A DNA stretch of 64,000 bases from an uncultured Chloroflexia bacterium (GCA_963773405.1 CAVZAQ010000002.1:7116-71115), one strand, 5' to 3'; shown: positions 48,383-56,727, counted from the stretch's first letter. A program made the numbers and translations. The notes: a model not told the origin generated them from the letters alone.

Positions 48383-49522
48383 TCACGGTGACTGCATCTC
48401 CAGGTACCGCCGGAACAGTGGGTCCGCCACTTCGTAGCGGCCGCGGCGACCGTTCGCCAGTCGACGGATGTGCCCAGCGGCGGCCAGCCTTCGGAGCGCT
48501 TGGCGTGTGGCGGGCGGAGCAACACCGGCTCGGCGAGCGAGCCCCTCGACGTCACGGGATCGCAGCGGCTCGTTGCCGTCGGCGAGGAGGCGGACTACGG
48601 CCTGCTCCGACGGAGCCATGGCGTTCCATCGGCCGACGAAGATCTCCTGGCTGACGGTCGCGAAGGCGCGTTCGAACCCTATCCCATACTCGGCCTCGCC
48701 GACATGGCCGTCCACGGCAGCATCGAAGGCGTGATAGGCCAGCTTCTGGAGGTAGTACGGGCGGCCGGCCGATGCCCGCGCCATGTCAGCCAGTACCTTT
48801 GGTTCGAACGTGACGCCGGTCCCTTGGAGGGGTATCGCGATAGCACGTTCCGTGTCGTGCTCGTCGAGCGGGCCAAGGGTCAGGGGCTCGTAGTAACGGA
48901 TGAGGGACTCATGCGCCGAACCGACGCCCGCGAACAGGGACGGCGTGGCGGCGACGACGAGTGCGATCGGCAGGTCGTTGGCGTAGAGCTCCAGGCAGAT
49001 GGCCCGGAGTCGCAGTAGCACATCCCTCCCGCCCGCCAGTAGGTCAATGTCGTCAACGAGGATGGACGCTAGGGCGTTGCGGTCGTGCTGGCGTTTGGCC
49101 AAGCGCTCGATGGCGGCTCGGAGGACTTGCGGGGCCGGTTCGCCGAAGGACTGGCGCACTTTCGCGGTTGCGAGGCCCAGACTGACTCCGACCTCCACGT
49201 CTCGGGTTTGGTCCGCTCCCGCAGTCGGATCAGCCTCGATGGCTAGGCGCAGTCCGTCCAGGAAGTCGCCGACCGGCTGCGGGTAGGCGAGCGTTAGCAC
49301 AACGGCATCGCCGAGGTCCCGCAGGAGCCGGCGCCAGTGCATGAGCAGTGTCGTCTTGCCGATCGCCCATTCGCCGAGCAGCGCGGTGTGGTGCGGATGG
49401 CCCTCGCGTGTCCGCGCGATCCGCGCCATCGCGATCTCCGTCTCTCGCTCTCGACCGGCGAGGAGCGGCGGGAAGATGCCGCTGCCGGGCCGGAACGGAT
49501 TCTCAGGCTGAATTTGTGACAA
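48383..49522 (-). CDS. P-loop ATPase (Arch_ATPase/ORC-like) with a C-terminal winged helix
   Basis: NPFRPGSGIFPPLLAGRERE, Walker A GEWAIGKTTL, Walker B SILVDDID, and C-terminal ...RQALRRLAAAGHIRRL. The start is probably the TTG at 49522, 9 nt after AGGAG; the ORF track opens at the TTG at 49531. The first codons lie in a TGTGACAAC x2 direct repeat. Confidence 0.7.
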   Translation of the reverse strand: MSQIQPENPFRPGSGIFPPLLAGRERETEIAMARIARTREGHPHHTALLGEWAIGKTTLLMHWRRLLRDLGDAVVLTLAYPQPVGDFLDGLRLAIEADPTAGADQTRDVEVGVSLGLATAKVRQSFGEPAPQVLRAAIERLAKRQHDRNALASILVDDIDLLAGGRDVLLRLRAICLELYANDLPIALVVAATPSLFAGVGSAHESLIRYYEPLTLGPLDEHDTERAIAIPLQGTGVTFEPKVLADMARASAGRPYYLQKLAYHAFDAAVDGHVGEAEYGIGFERAFATVSQEIFVGRWNAMAPSEQAVVRLLADGNEPLRSRDVEGLARRAGVAPPATRQALRRLAAAGHIRRLANGRRGRYEVADPLFRRYLEMQSP

Positions 49523-49619
49523 CTGTGACAACTCCTGTCACGAACGACTCTGGTTGGATGGGCCGGGGAGCGCCGTGGGCGCCTCCCCGGCCCGATTCAT
49601 CACCTCATCGGTAACCGCC

Positions 49620-50318
49620 CTACGCCGCCGGTCTGCCCTGCCGCAGCCACGAGCGCGAGCGCATCGCGTTGGCGACCACGTCGAGGTAGACCTCGGAGTA
49701 GGACACGCTGCCGCGCTCGAGCACCGCCCAGGCGCAGTTGAGCATCGCGCTGGCGACCATCAGGTTGGTGACCACCAGCTGCGGTCGCTCCTCGGCCTGT
49801 CGCTCGCAGCCGTTGCGGGCCGCGAACTCGGACTCGCTCGCCCGGCCGATCTCCGCGTGGATCTCGGCCAGGCTGCCGTCGAGGGACGCACCGCCCCGGC
49901 GGCGGACGAGCTGGACGTTGCCGTCCGTCTCGTCGTTGCCGCCGGAGATCAGGGTCACCTCGTCGAGGGTGGCCAGGTGCCGATCGACCACGAAGCGGGT
50001 CCAGTGGTTGTCGACCGCCAGCAGGACCAGGTCGCCGGAGCGGATGACCGCCCCGACGTTCTCGTCCGTCAGGTAGTCGGCCACCGCCTGGACCGTCAGC
50101 CCTCCGCGGTACGCCTCGGCCAAGGCCTCGGCCTTGTTCGAGCCGATGGCGGACTCGGGGAAGAGCTGCCGCGTCCGGTTGCCGGGCTCGTAGGCGTCGC
50201 CGTCGACGAGCACCAGCACCGGTCGCGGTTCGGGTTTGGCGGCCAGGTAGCGGACCAGGCTGGGCACCAGCTGTGAGCCGATGCCGCCCAGCCCCACGAG
50301 GACGATGCGGTCAAGCAT
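49620..50318 (-). CDS. ThiF/E1-like adenylyltransferase, short (232 aa), PRTRC-ThiF-like
   Basis: IVLVGLGGIGSQL is the Rossmann GxGGxG motif, followed by VLVDGDAYEPGNRTRQLF. The ATG follows GAAGGGAGGAAC and overlaps the upstream stop. Confidence 0.8.
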   Translation of the reverse strand: MLDRIVLVGLGGIGSQLVPSLVRYLAAKPEPRPVLVLVDGDAYEPGNRTRQLFPESAIGSNKAEALAEAYRGGLTVQAVADYLTDENVGAVIRSGDLVLLAVDNHWTRFVVDRHLATLDEVTLISGGNDETDGNVQLVRRRGGASLDGSLAEIHAEIGRASESEFAARNGCERQAEERPQLVVTNLMVASAMLNCAWAVLERGSVSYSEVYLDVVANAMRSRSWLRQGRPAA

Positions 50319-51157
50319 CGCTGGTTCCTCCCTTCGTGGCTGATGTCGCGATCGGCGTCAGCTGGTAGACCAGGCTCTCGCCCAGCTCGCTGGCCAGCTC
50401 GGTCGCCTCGGTGAGGAGGCGGTCGAGCGTCGTTCGGTCGCGCCAGGTCCAGCTCGGGATCGTCCAGCTGGACGATCCATTCGGTCTTGGCGCTCCCGTT
50501 CGACCTGCCCTTCTTCTTCGGTGGCGCGGTCGCCAGCGGCTTCACCCGCTCCAGCCAGTCGGCCGGAGGGTCGGAGAAGCGCCGCGGCCGCTCGAAGGCG
50601 AGCGACGTCCGGCAGCCGAAGCGCCGGCCGTCGACCACGATCGACGCCGAGTAGCTGACCCGCCGTTGGTCGACGTCGCCGACCACGACGTGGATGCCGT
50701 CGAAGTCGGCCTCGTCGGCCTCATCGGTCAGGCTGGCCCCGGCGCTCAGCGCGCCGTGGCTGTGGATCGAGCCGACCAGGCGTGCCGTCGAGGGCACGTC
50801 GGCGGGCGCGAGCCGATGCTTGACCGATGCGACCCCGGCGCGCTGCTCGGGGACGATGAGGCCAAAGGCTTCGCCGTCCCAGGTGAACAGCGCCAGGGCC
50901 TCGGTCTTCCTCGCGCGCCAGATGGCGCGGAAGAAGCCGACCGCCTGACCCATCAGCGCGGCGGGCACCTTGGGTAGCGCGTACTCGAGGTACTCGCGCG
51001 CCGGGGGCAGGTGGGCCACGGTCTCGACCTGCACCTGCGATAGCCCCAGGAGGCTGCGCTTGCGCAGGTAGAGCCCGTCGCGGGCCACCAGGAAGGCGGG
51101 GAGGGCGAGCTCCCCGGCGGCCGACTCGTCGACCGCCACGATCGGGAACAGGCTCAT
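50311..51157 (-). pseudogene. JAB/MPN (JAMM) metalloprotease with one apparent frameshift near 50440
   Basis: RKTEALALF...GSIHSHGALSAGASLTDEADE is the complete E...HxHx7Sx2D motif. After ...LDDPELDL the coherent reading (RDRTTLDRLLTEATELASELGESLVYQLTPIATSATKGGTSDA*) is in the next frame and ends at 50311. Confidence 0.75.
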
Positions 51158-51429
51158 CGCCCCGCCTCCTCGCCGCCGGAGCGTTCCGGCAGCCAGTACA
51201 CGATCCGCTCGAGGTGAGCGAACTTGTGACTGGCGGCCAGTCGCTCGTCGCGGAGGGGGAAGCCTCCGTCGCGCAGCAGCTTGGCGGCGACGGCGAAGGC
51301 CGCCGACGCCAGCTCGCCGGGAAGCGAGCCGTCGGTGGCGTACACCGCGCGCCGCGGCGTCAGCAGGCTCGAGGCCCGCGTCAGCTCGACGTGCGGCAGA
51401 CGCCCCACCGTCTCAAGCAGCCGCCGCAT
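51154..51429 (-). CDS. Small conserved-looking protein of the Ubl operon (hypothetical, 91 aa)
   Basis: The ATG is 8 nt after AAGGAGG. There is an ATGA overlap with the JAB gene. No motif was recognised. Confidence 0.55.
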   Translation of the reverse strand: MRRLLETVGRLPHVELTRASSLLTPRRAVYATDGSLPGELASAAFAVAAKLLRDGGFPLRDERLAASHKFAHLERIVYWLPERSGGEEAGR

Positions 51430-52192
51430 CGGCGCCACCTCCTTGCGGAGCTGGCGCCTGGTCCGGCGCCGGTGTCTCCACCGTCGCCTGCGGCTGTCCG
51501 CTGCGCGGCGCGCCCGGCAGGTCCTCGGGACTCATGCCGGCCGCCGCGGCCACCACCTGGCGCAGGCTGCGCCAGTAGCGGTCGTATTGGGCCGACAGCC
51601 CCGCCAGCGGGTCACGCCGTGAACGAGACGCCCAGGCCCTGAACCCTCCGGAGAACGGCAGCGGATGGCGCCGGATGTCGGCGTTGAAGCGGCTGCTCCA
51701 GAAGGCACCGATCAGCCCCTCGATGCGCTCGACCAGGCTGTCACCGCCCACGTGCACCGTGCCGAGACAGACGATCCCGTCGTCGGAGGTGTTGGGCAGG
51801 CAGCTGTGCTCGAGCGCGTCGTCGAGGCTGGCCAGCGGGCTGGTGCGGAAGAAGTTCGACAGGCCCTCGACGCGGCCCGCCTGAACCGAGACCACGAACA
51901 CCACGTACGGCAGCGAGACCCGGTGGCTGACCGGCTCGGAGCCATAGCGGTTGGATGCGTGGTACTCGACCTGGCGGCGCATCGGGAGCTGTTCGATGAC
52001 GAACACCTCCCGCCCCTCGGGAGAGCGAACCCAGAAGCGGCAGCCGGCGGGCAGGATTCCCGTGCACGCCGACCGCTGCTCGGCCAGCCGGTTCAGCAGG
52101 TCGTCGAGCGCGACTTCGCGCTCGGTCACCTCGCTCACCAGCGTGGCCAGGTCGCCCTCGATGCGCAGGTACTTGCGCGAATGCATGGACAT
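51413..52192 (-). CDS. E2/UBC-like protein (PRTRC protein B-like)
   Basis: CLPNTSDDGIVCLG resembles the E2 HPN...G.(I/V)CL active-site signature, with the Cys about 10 residues after PN. The ATG follows GAGAGGAG. The tail is Pro/Ala-rich. Confidence 0.55.
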   Translation of the reverse strand: MSMHSRKYLRIEGDLATLVSEVTEREVALDDLLNRLAEQRSACTGILPAGCRFWVRSPEGREVFVIEQLPMRRQVEYHASNRYGSEPVSHRVSLPYVVFVVSVQAGRVEGLSNFFRTSPLASLDDALEHSCLPNTSDDGIVCLGTVHVGGDSLVERIEGLIGAFWSSRFNADIRRHPLPFSGGFRAWASRSRRDPLAGLSAQYDRYWRSLRQVVAAAAGMSPEDLPGAPRSGQPQATVETPAPDQAPAPQGGGADAAAA

Positions 52193-52282
52193 CGCGAGCT
52201 CCTCTCTTCGAGAACCGATGGCGGCCGTCGGCGCACCCGTCGGGTGTACCCCCGGCCGCCGTCGGCTCTGCCGTCGGTGTCG

Positions 52283-52525
52283 TCAGGCCGCGAGGCCCTT
52301 GACGCCGGCCGGCTTGAGGAACTCGATCTCGTCACCGGGACGCACGATGTGGTCGTCGGCCACGACCTGGCCGTTGACCCGCACCGTCGTCTCGCGCGGC
52401 AGGTTGAGCACCTGCTCGAGCATCTTCCAGATGCCGCGGATGCTCTTGCCGCCGAGGTCGAGGCCCAGCTCGTTGACGCCGTACACGACCTTGACGGCCG
52501 TGTCCGTGTCCTCGTAGGTCTGCAC
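52283..52525 (-). CDS. Ubiquitin-like beta-grasp protein (ThiS/MoaD/PRTRC protein C-like, 80 aa)
   Basis: The GTG at 52525 lies 7 nt after AAGGAG. The sequence is VQTYEDTDTAVKVVYGVNELGLDLGGKSIRGIWKMLEQVLNLPRETTVRVNGQVVADDHIVRPGDEIEFLKPAGVKGLAA. Its size, the VNG...V...GDEIEF pattern and its position ahead of E2/JAB/E1 fit a Ubl. The C-terminus is KG-LAA rather than a free GG. Confidence 0.6.
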   Translation of the reverse strand: MQTYEDTDTAVKVVYGVNELGLDLGGKSIRGIWKMLEQVLNLPRETTVRVNGQVVADDHIVRPGDEIEFLKPAGVKGLAA

Positions 52526-52980
52526 GATGGATCTCCTTGTGCTTTGCGAGAGTCGCGAACACGAAAAAGGACCGGGCAGCATCCACGAGGTGCGTTCGCC
52601 GACCACCTCGTTCGCCGATACCGCACGCGGCGGCCGAATCCCGGTCCGGTGAGCGCTCGAAGACGAACGATCACCGGCGGGCGCTCGCCGCCGGTGTCGA
52701 CCGATAGTGGTGAGGCAACCCTCCTTTCTGCGGCGCGGAGTCGTCCGCCACCGACATCGGAGTGAGGCCCGACCCTCGCCGGTCGCACCTGCGGAGGTGC
52801 ACCTGGAGCCGAGATGCGGCCCGACGCGCCCGCTCCTGCGTTGAGAGCGAGCCGCGACCGAGCCGATCCGAGCATCCGAGGAGCGTTCCTCACAGATGAC
52901 CGATCAGCTGGCCGGGCCCACTCCGGGTGGGGGCGGAAGCGCCGTGCTGCTGCATGCGGTTCGCGCGGGTTGAGGTGCGC
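52526..52980 (-). promoter_or_regulatory. Leader copy R1: ~455-nt candidate structured 5' leader RNA upstream of the Ubl gene, ending in a terminator-like helix plus U-tract
   Basis: It fills the whole HTH-Ubl intergenic region and is colinear with 53424-53880. Indels between the two copies break every reading frame. Conserved hairpins include GCGGA-N4-TCCGC, CGAGGTG-N-CACCTCG and CCGC-N5-GCGG. A GGACCGGG...CCCGGTCC helix is followed by TTTTTC (plus-strand 52564-52647). Confidence 0.5.
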
Positions 52981-53004
52981 GACCCGGGCGACGAGCGCGA
53001 GCGG

Positions 53005-53346
53005 TTAGCGAAGGCCGAGAAGGCGGTCGATGTCGGCCGCTTCGAGCTCTTCGTCGAGCTCACGCAGGTCGCGCCGGATCGCGGCCGCGAGCTCCAATGC
53101 CTGGCGTCGCAGCCGCCAGAGCTGCTCCCGATTGCAGCGGAGCCGCTCGTTGGGCTCCGGCGTGCCGAGGTACTCCCCGACCGCGGGGAGGCGTGTCCGG
53201 ATCTGACTGATCCGGGCGGCGCTGACGCCGAGGCGTCCAGCGATCTGACGATTGCTGTAGCCGGCATCGAGCAGCTCGGCGACCGTGCGCGCCTGGTCGA
53301 TGAAGCGCGGGCTGAGCGGCAGGCCGCGACCGTTGTGCGCGGTCAT
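53005..53346 (-). CDS. Small HTH DNA-binding protein (sigma-r4/Hin-like HTH plus coiled coil)
   Basis: MTAHNGRGLPLSPRFIDQARTVAELLDAGYSNRQIAGRLGVSAARISQIRTRL, then a charged helical tail. The long upstream extension in ORF 53005..54372 is leader copy R2, not coding sequence. Confidence 0.65.
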   Translation of the reverse strand: MTAHNGRGLPLSPRFIDQARTVAELLDAGYSNRQIAGRLGVSAARISQIRTRLPAVGEYLGTPEPNERLRCNREQLWRLRRQALELAAAIRRDLRELDEELEAADIDRLLGLR

Positions 53347-53423
53347 GGCCGTACCGCCCGAGGCTCGCGCCCCACCGTCGGCAGTGGAGGTCGACGGCGT
53401 CGAACTCCCTCGTGACGGTGCAC

Positions 53424-53880
53424 GCTCGATCTCCTTGTGCTGGCGAGGTGTCGCGAACACGAGAAAAGGACCGGGTGAGCGCCACGAGGTGCGTTCGCGT
53501 AGGTACCACCTCGTTTCGCGGATGCCGCACGTTGCGGCCGAGTCCCGGTCCGATGAGCGCTCGAATGAGAACGACCACCGGCGGGCGCTCGCCGCCGGCG
53601 CAGACCGTTGGCGGGGAGGCATCCCTCCTTTCTCGACGCGGAGACTTCCGCCACCGAGGTCGAAGCGAGGCCTGCCGCCGCCGGTCGCACCTGCGATGAA
53701 GCACCTGATGTCCGAGATCAGCCCGACGCCCCCGCCCTCATTCGAAGAGCGAGCCGCGACCGAGCCGATGCGGACATCGAAAGGAGCTGTCCTCGCCGAT
53801 GGACCGATCGAGCGGCCTGGCCCGTCCCGAGTCGGGGCGAACGCGCCGTGAAGCTGCAGGCGGATCGCGCGAATCGAGGT
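53424..53880 (-). promoter_or_regulatory. Leader copy R2: second copy of the ~455-nt candidate leader RNA, upstream of the HTH gene
   Basis: It has the same block order as R1 and ends ...CCCGGTCCTTTTCTCGTGTTCGCGAC...AGCACAAGGAGATCGAGCGTG. One stem shows G-C and A-U pairs in R1 replaced by G-U pairs in R2 (CCGGTGA/TCACCGG against CCGGTGG/TCATCGG). Confidence 0.5.
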
Positions 53881-54230
53881 CTGAAAAGCGCGAATGGCAG
53901 CGTGTATGCGGTTGGTAAGGTGCGCTGTCGCCGTTGGAGCGCTGTTGGCTCCGGCGCCGCCACTGGTTGGATCGCGACCCGATGAGGGTCGTGGGAGTCC
54001 ATGGCGGGGGACTCCGCCAGGCCTCGATGTGAGGCGATGGCGGCGGCCGGTCGTCTGAAAGGTCCACAACCGGGACGGCGCGGCCGCCGACTCATACGCT
54101 AGTCCGGCGCGGGACAGAAAGCAATAGAAAGTGTGTACATTTCGGTGTACGTTCGAGCACAAAGGAGCTTGGGAGGTGTCGTCAAGGCACTGAGGGGGAA
54201 CCCGACGCGCCGGTTGACCAGCGGTGGCAG

Positions 54231-54250
54231 AATAGAACGCCCGTTCTATT
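54231..54250. promoter_or_regulatory. Perfect palindrome AATAGAAC-gccc-GTTCTATT
   Basis: 8-bp arms, 11 nt upstream of the small plus-strand ORF. It sits in the divergent control region, next to the only AT-rich patch of the element (54115-54160). Confidence 0.45.
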
Positions 54251-54261
54251 GAGGTTCGCCG

Positions 54262-54432
54262 ATGAACGCGATGCGCTGCTGGTACCGAGGCTGCCTGGAG
54301 CAAGGTGATCCGCGCCCGTTGTTCGCGCAGGCTCATGGCTTGCCGGCTGCCATTCGACTCTGCGACCGCCACATGGCCGAGCTGGCACGAGACCGTGACC
54401 CGGCTTGGGCGATCGAGCGACCACGGATGTGA
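54262..54432 (+). CDS. Small Cys/His-containing protein (56 aa, hypothetical); the only plus-strand gene in the element
   Basis: MNAMRCWYRGCLEQGDPRPLFAQAHGLPAAIRLCDRHMAELARDRDPAWAIERPRM. GAGG lies 7 nt upstream. It is below the 60-aa cutoff of the ORF track. The CxxxC...CxxH pattern could bind zinc. Confidence 0.4.
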   Translation: MNAMRCWYRGCLEQGDPRPLFAQAHGLPAAIRLCDRHMAELARDRDPAWAIERPRM

Positions 54433-54435
54433 TGA

Positions 54436-55032
54436 CTACTCGCGGGGTGTCTTACCCTCAGCCTCTGAGGGTTCCTCGCTTGGCCCGTCGTGAGGATCGA
54501 GCCATTCGGCACCGGCGTCGCGTCGGCCGGCGCGAATATCCGCCGCGAACGATCGCAATCGTTCGACGTGGCTTTCCCTGAGCCCCGACCGGGGGTAGAC
54601 ATCCACCAGCAAGGTTGGGATGCCCAGCTCGGTACGTCGCCAGTGCGACCAATACCGCGCGTCCGACGAGAGATCGTCGTCGATCCAGGCTGCAGGACGG
54701 TCGCGGACGAAGGCGATGACGTCCGGCAGCTTGAGCGTGTAGCCCTCGAACGTCGGGTCGGGCGGCGTGAACGTGATGAACGGCAACTCCGGCAACCCGA
54801 TCAGCGGACCGATGAGGAGGTTTGCATCGGCCTCCCAGGTGGTGGCCCACACCAGCTCGAACTCCTTGCCGAGCTCTCGCAGCCACTCGCCATGCGTCGG
54901 CGAGAGCAGCACCCGCATCCCCGCGAGACGGTGCTCGTCGAATCCGTCTGGCACCGAGTCCGCCGTGAACGGGTTCAGCACACCGTCGATATCGACCAGC
55001 AGGAGCGGCTTCTGCGCCGCCGCCTGGGTCAT
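54436..55032 (-). CDS. HAD-superfamily hydrolase
   Basis: LLLVDIDGVLNPF is the DxDG(V/T) motif I, followed by ...WATTWE...AAWIDDD. Confidence 0.7.
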   Translation of the reverse strand: MTQAAAQKPLLLVDIDGVLNPFTADSVPDGFDEHRLAGMRVLLSPTHGEWLRELGKEFELVWATTWEADANLLIGPLIGLPELPFITFTPPDPTFEGYTLKLPDVIAFVRDRPAAWIDDDLSSDARYWSHWRRTELGIPTLLVDVYPRSGLRESHVERLRSFAADIRAGRRDAGAEWLDPHDGPSEEPSEAEGKTPRE

Positions 55033-55304
55033 GGATCGGCCGCCAGCCGCGTGAAGCCGAGATCGGGTAATCGCGTTGGTTGCGTAACTCCCTTGCAGCC
55101 TTCGATGTTCACTGCGAGATCGTACCTACCCGCGAGACGCGGCGATCTCGCCCGGCGTGAGGAGAGCGCGCCCACGCGGCTCGGCGCCGATACCTCGTCT
55201 TCCAACATCGCGTTGTTGCAGCGGAGAGCCGATGCTCGACGCGCAGGTGCCGGTAGGCAGCGGTGGCTGATTCCCGCGGAGTAGGGGGATCAGAGCGCAA
55301 CCCT

Positions 55305-55802
55305 TCAGCGTGTGCTAGAACCGCCCAGGAGTGCGGGCACCTCGACCGTCACGTCGAGATCTGGCCAGCTGATGTGCTGTCCGTCGGCGCTGACCTTCCA
55401 GCGCTGGAGGGCGCTCATCGGCGCATCGCGCAATGCCGGGAACCAGGTCAGCGGTGCACCCAGCTCAGCCTGATCGCGGAACACGATGTAGAGGCGGCTG
55501 TCGGTGAAGCGCACAGCTGCCGCCTGCAGCGTTCCCAACGAGCGCTGCCGACGCGGCAGTCCGCCCAAGAACTCGGCCGGCTCACGGCCCAGGCGCTCGG
55601 CTAGGTAGAAGAGCGAGGCCACCGAGGGTTTGGCGTGTCCACACTCCAAGGCACTGATGTAGGCCGGGGTGTAGCGCGGGCCGGCGAGTTGTCGCTGGGT
55701 CAGCCCGGACTCGATCCGCGCGGAGCGGATGCGAGCGCCCACCGCGTGCGCGATGGCGGTTTGATCGACAAGCACGACCTGGCGGCGCTTCCGGTCTGGC
55801 AT
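55305..55802 (-). CDS. XRE-family HTH protein fused to a DUF2442-like C-terminal domain
   Basis: The ATG is at 55802. GARIRSARIESGLTQRQLAGPRYTPAYISALECGHAKPSVASLFYLAERLG is the HTH_3 region. The C-terminal part reads ...VSADGQHISWPDLDVTVEVPALL. Confidence 0.7.
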   Translation of the reverse strand: MPDRKRRQVVLVDQTAIAHAVGARIRSARIESGLTQRQLAGPRYTPAYISALECGHAKPSVASLFYLAERLGREPAEFLGGLPRRQRSLGTLQAAAVRFTDSRLYIVFRDQAELGAPLTWFPALRDAPMSALQRWKVSADGQHISWPDLDVTVEVPALLGGSSTR

Positions 55803-55851
55803 GAAGTGATGGTAGCGTCGCCGTCGAGTAGGAGACGATCTCGCCGCCGGG

Positions 55852-56727
55852 CTACAGCAGCGCGTCGAGGTCCTCAACGCCGCCTTCACCGAGGAGCCGC
55901 AGCCACTGATCGCTGCCCACCGGCGTCGGCGAGGGACGCGGCCCCTCTGTCAGCAGGTCCCTCGCGGCCGCGCGCCGGCCATCGATGGCCAGGTGCCTGA
56001 TCGGCGCGTCGAGGTGGCGCTCGCGCAGCAGGGCCAGGCTGGTGACCCAGGCCTGGGCCGCCACGCGTTCATCGACCGAGCCCGCCACGCCTGCCAGCCA
56101 GCGGGCACGGTTGGCGGTGGGGACGACGAACAGGATCTGCCAGTCCGGGTACACCTCCACCAGGTGGCGGTAGCCGGCCAGCTTGGCCCGGATCGCGGCC
56201 AGGCGCTGGGTGGCCTCGTCGATCTCGAGGCAGACGATGCCCGAGCGCTCGGCCTCGGTGAGCACCACCACGCTGTCGGGGTAGGGTGGTCCGCCGAGAT
56301 AGGTCGCGGCAGTGGCTTCGGTCAGCCACAGGGCGACCGGCGAGCCGGAGCGCGCATCGCCGTGGGCGGTGGCCAGCGCGCAGACGGTGTCGACGATGTC
56401 GAGGGTGTGGCCGAGCTTGTTCGTCCCGCGTGCTCGTCGGGCGTGATCGCCGAGCCGCAGCCGGACCCGTCGGCTGAGGCGGTAGGCGAGCTCGGTCCCA
56501 CCGCGATGGGGAGGCGGCACGCTTGCCCGTTCGAGCAGGCCGGCGTACCACAGTGCGGCCAGGCGCTCTTGGGCGGTGCGCAGGTTGCCGTAGGCGAGGA
56601 TCGCCAGTTGGCGAGCAAGCGCGGATTCGGCGCGATCGAGGATGCGCAGGACCGCACGGTCGACGTAGCGCAGCAGCCGGATGTCGAGCGCATCCACTTG
56701 GGTCGCGGTGCGGAAGACGGTGGCCAT
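55852..56727 (-). CDS. Replication-relaxation (Replic_Relax) family protein
   Basis: LDIRLLRYVDRAVLRILDRAESALARQLAILAYGNLRTAQERLAALWYAGLLER...KLGHTLDIVDTVCAL...CLEIDEATQRL. It is typical of actinobacterial conjugative elements. The ATG is at 56727 within ORF 55852..56829. Confidence 0.65.
   Translation of the reverse strand: MATVFRTATQVDALDIRLLRYVDRAVLRILDRAESALARQLAILAYGNLRTAQERLAALWYAGLLERASVPPPHRGGTELAYRLSRRVRLRLGDHARRARGTNKLGHTLDIVDTVCALATAHGDARSGSPVALWLTEATAATYLGGPPYPDSVVVLTEAERSGIVCLEIDEATQRLAAIRAKLAGYRHLVEVYPDWQILFVVPTANRARWLAGVAGSVDERVAAQAWVTSLALLRERHLDAPIRHLAIDGRRAAARDLLTEGPRPSPTPVGSDQWLRLLGEGGVEDLDALL

Noticed and set aside
49500-49560. A TGTGACAAC x2 direct repeat plus an inverted TGTCAC between the E1 and ATPase genes, considered as a separate regulatory element.
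   Set aside because: It may well be an operator. However, it overlaps the first codons and ribosome binding site of the ATPase gene, and there is no second copy for comparison. It is mentioned in the ATPase feature rather than called separately.
52569-52647. Could GGACCGGG / CCCGGTCC in the leaders be TraB-type clt repeats (GACCCGGA-like) of actinomycete plasmids?
   Set aside because: The element encodes a VirB4 / coupling-protein T4SS rather than an FtsK-like TraB. The motif occurs only as the two arms of one helix per leader, not as a repeat array.
53347-54372. The N-terminal 340 residues of ORF 53005..54372 (455 aa).
   Set aside because: That part is the translation of leader copy R2 and the control region. 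The R1/R2 comparison shows frame-breaking indels. A good ATG at 53346 gives a compact HTH protein.
55031-55210. A 59-codon minus-strand ORF (MLEDEVSAPSRVGAL...GFTRLAADP) whose stop overlaps the HAD gene ATG as ATGA.
   Set aside because: It is below the track cutoff, has no recognisable motif and no convincing ribosome binding site. The overlap alone is not enough evidence.
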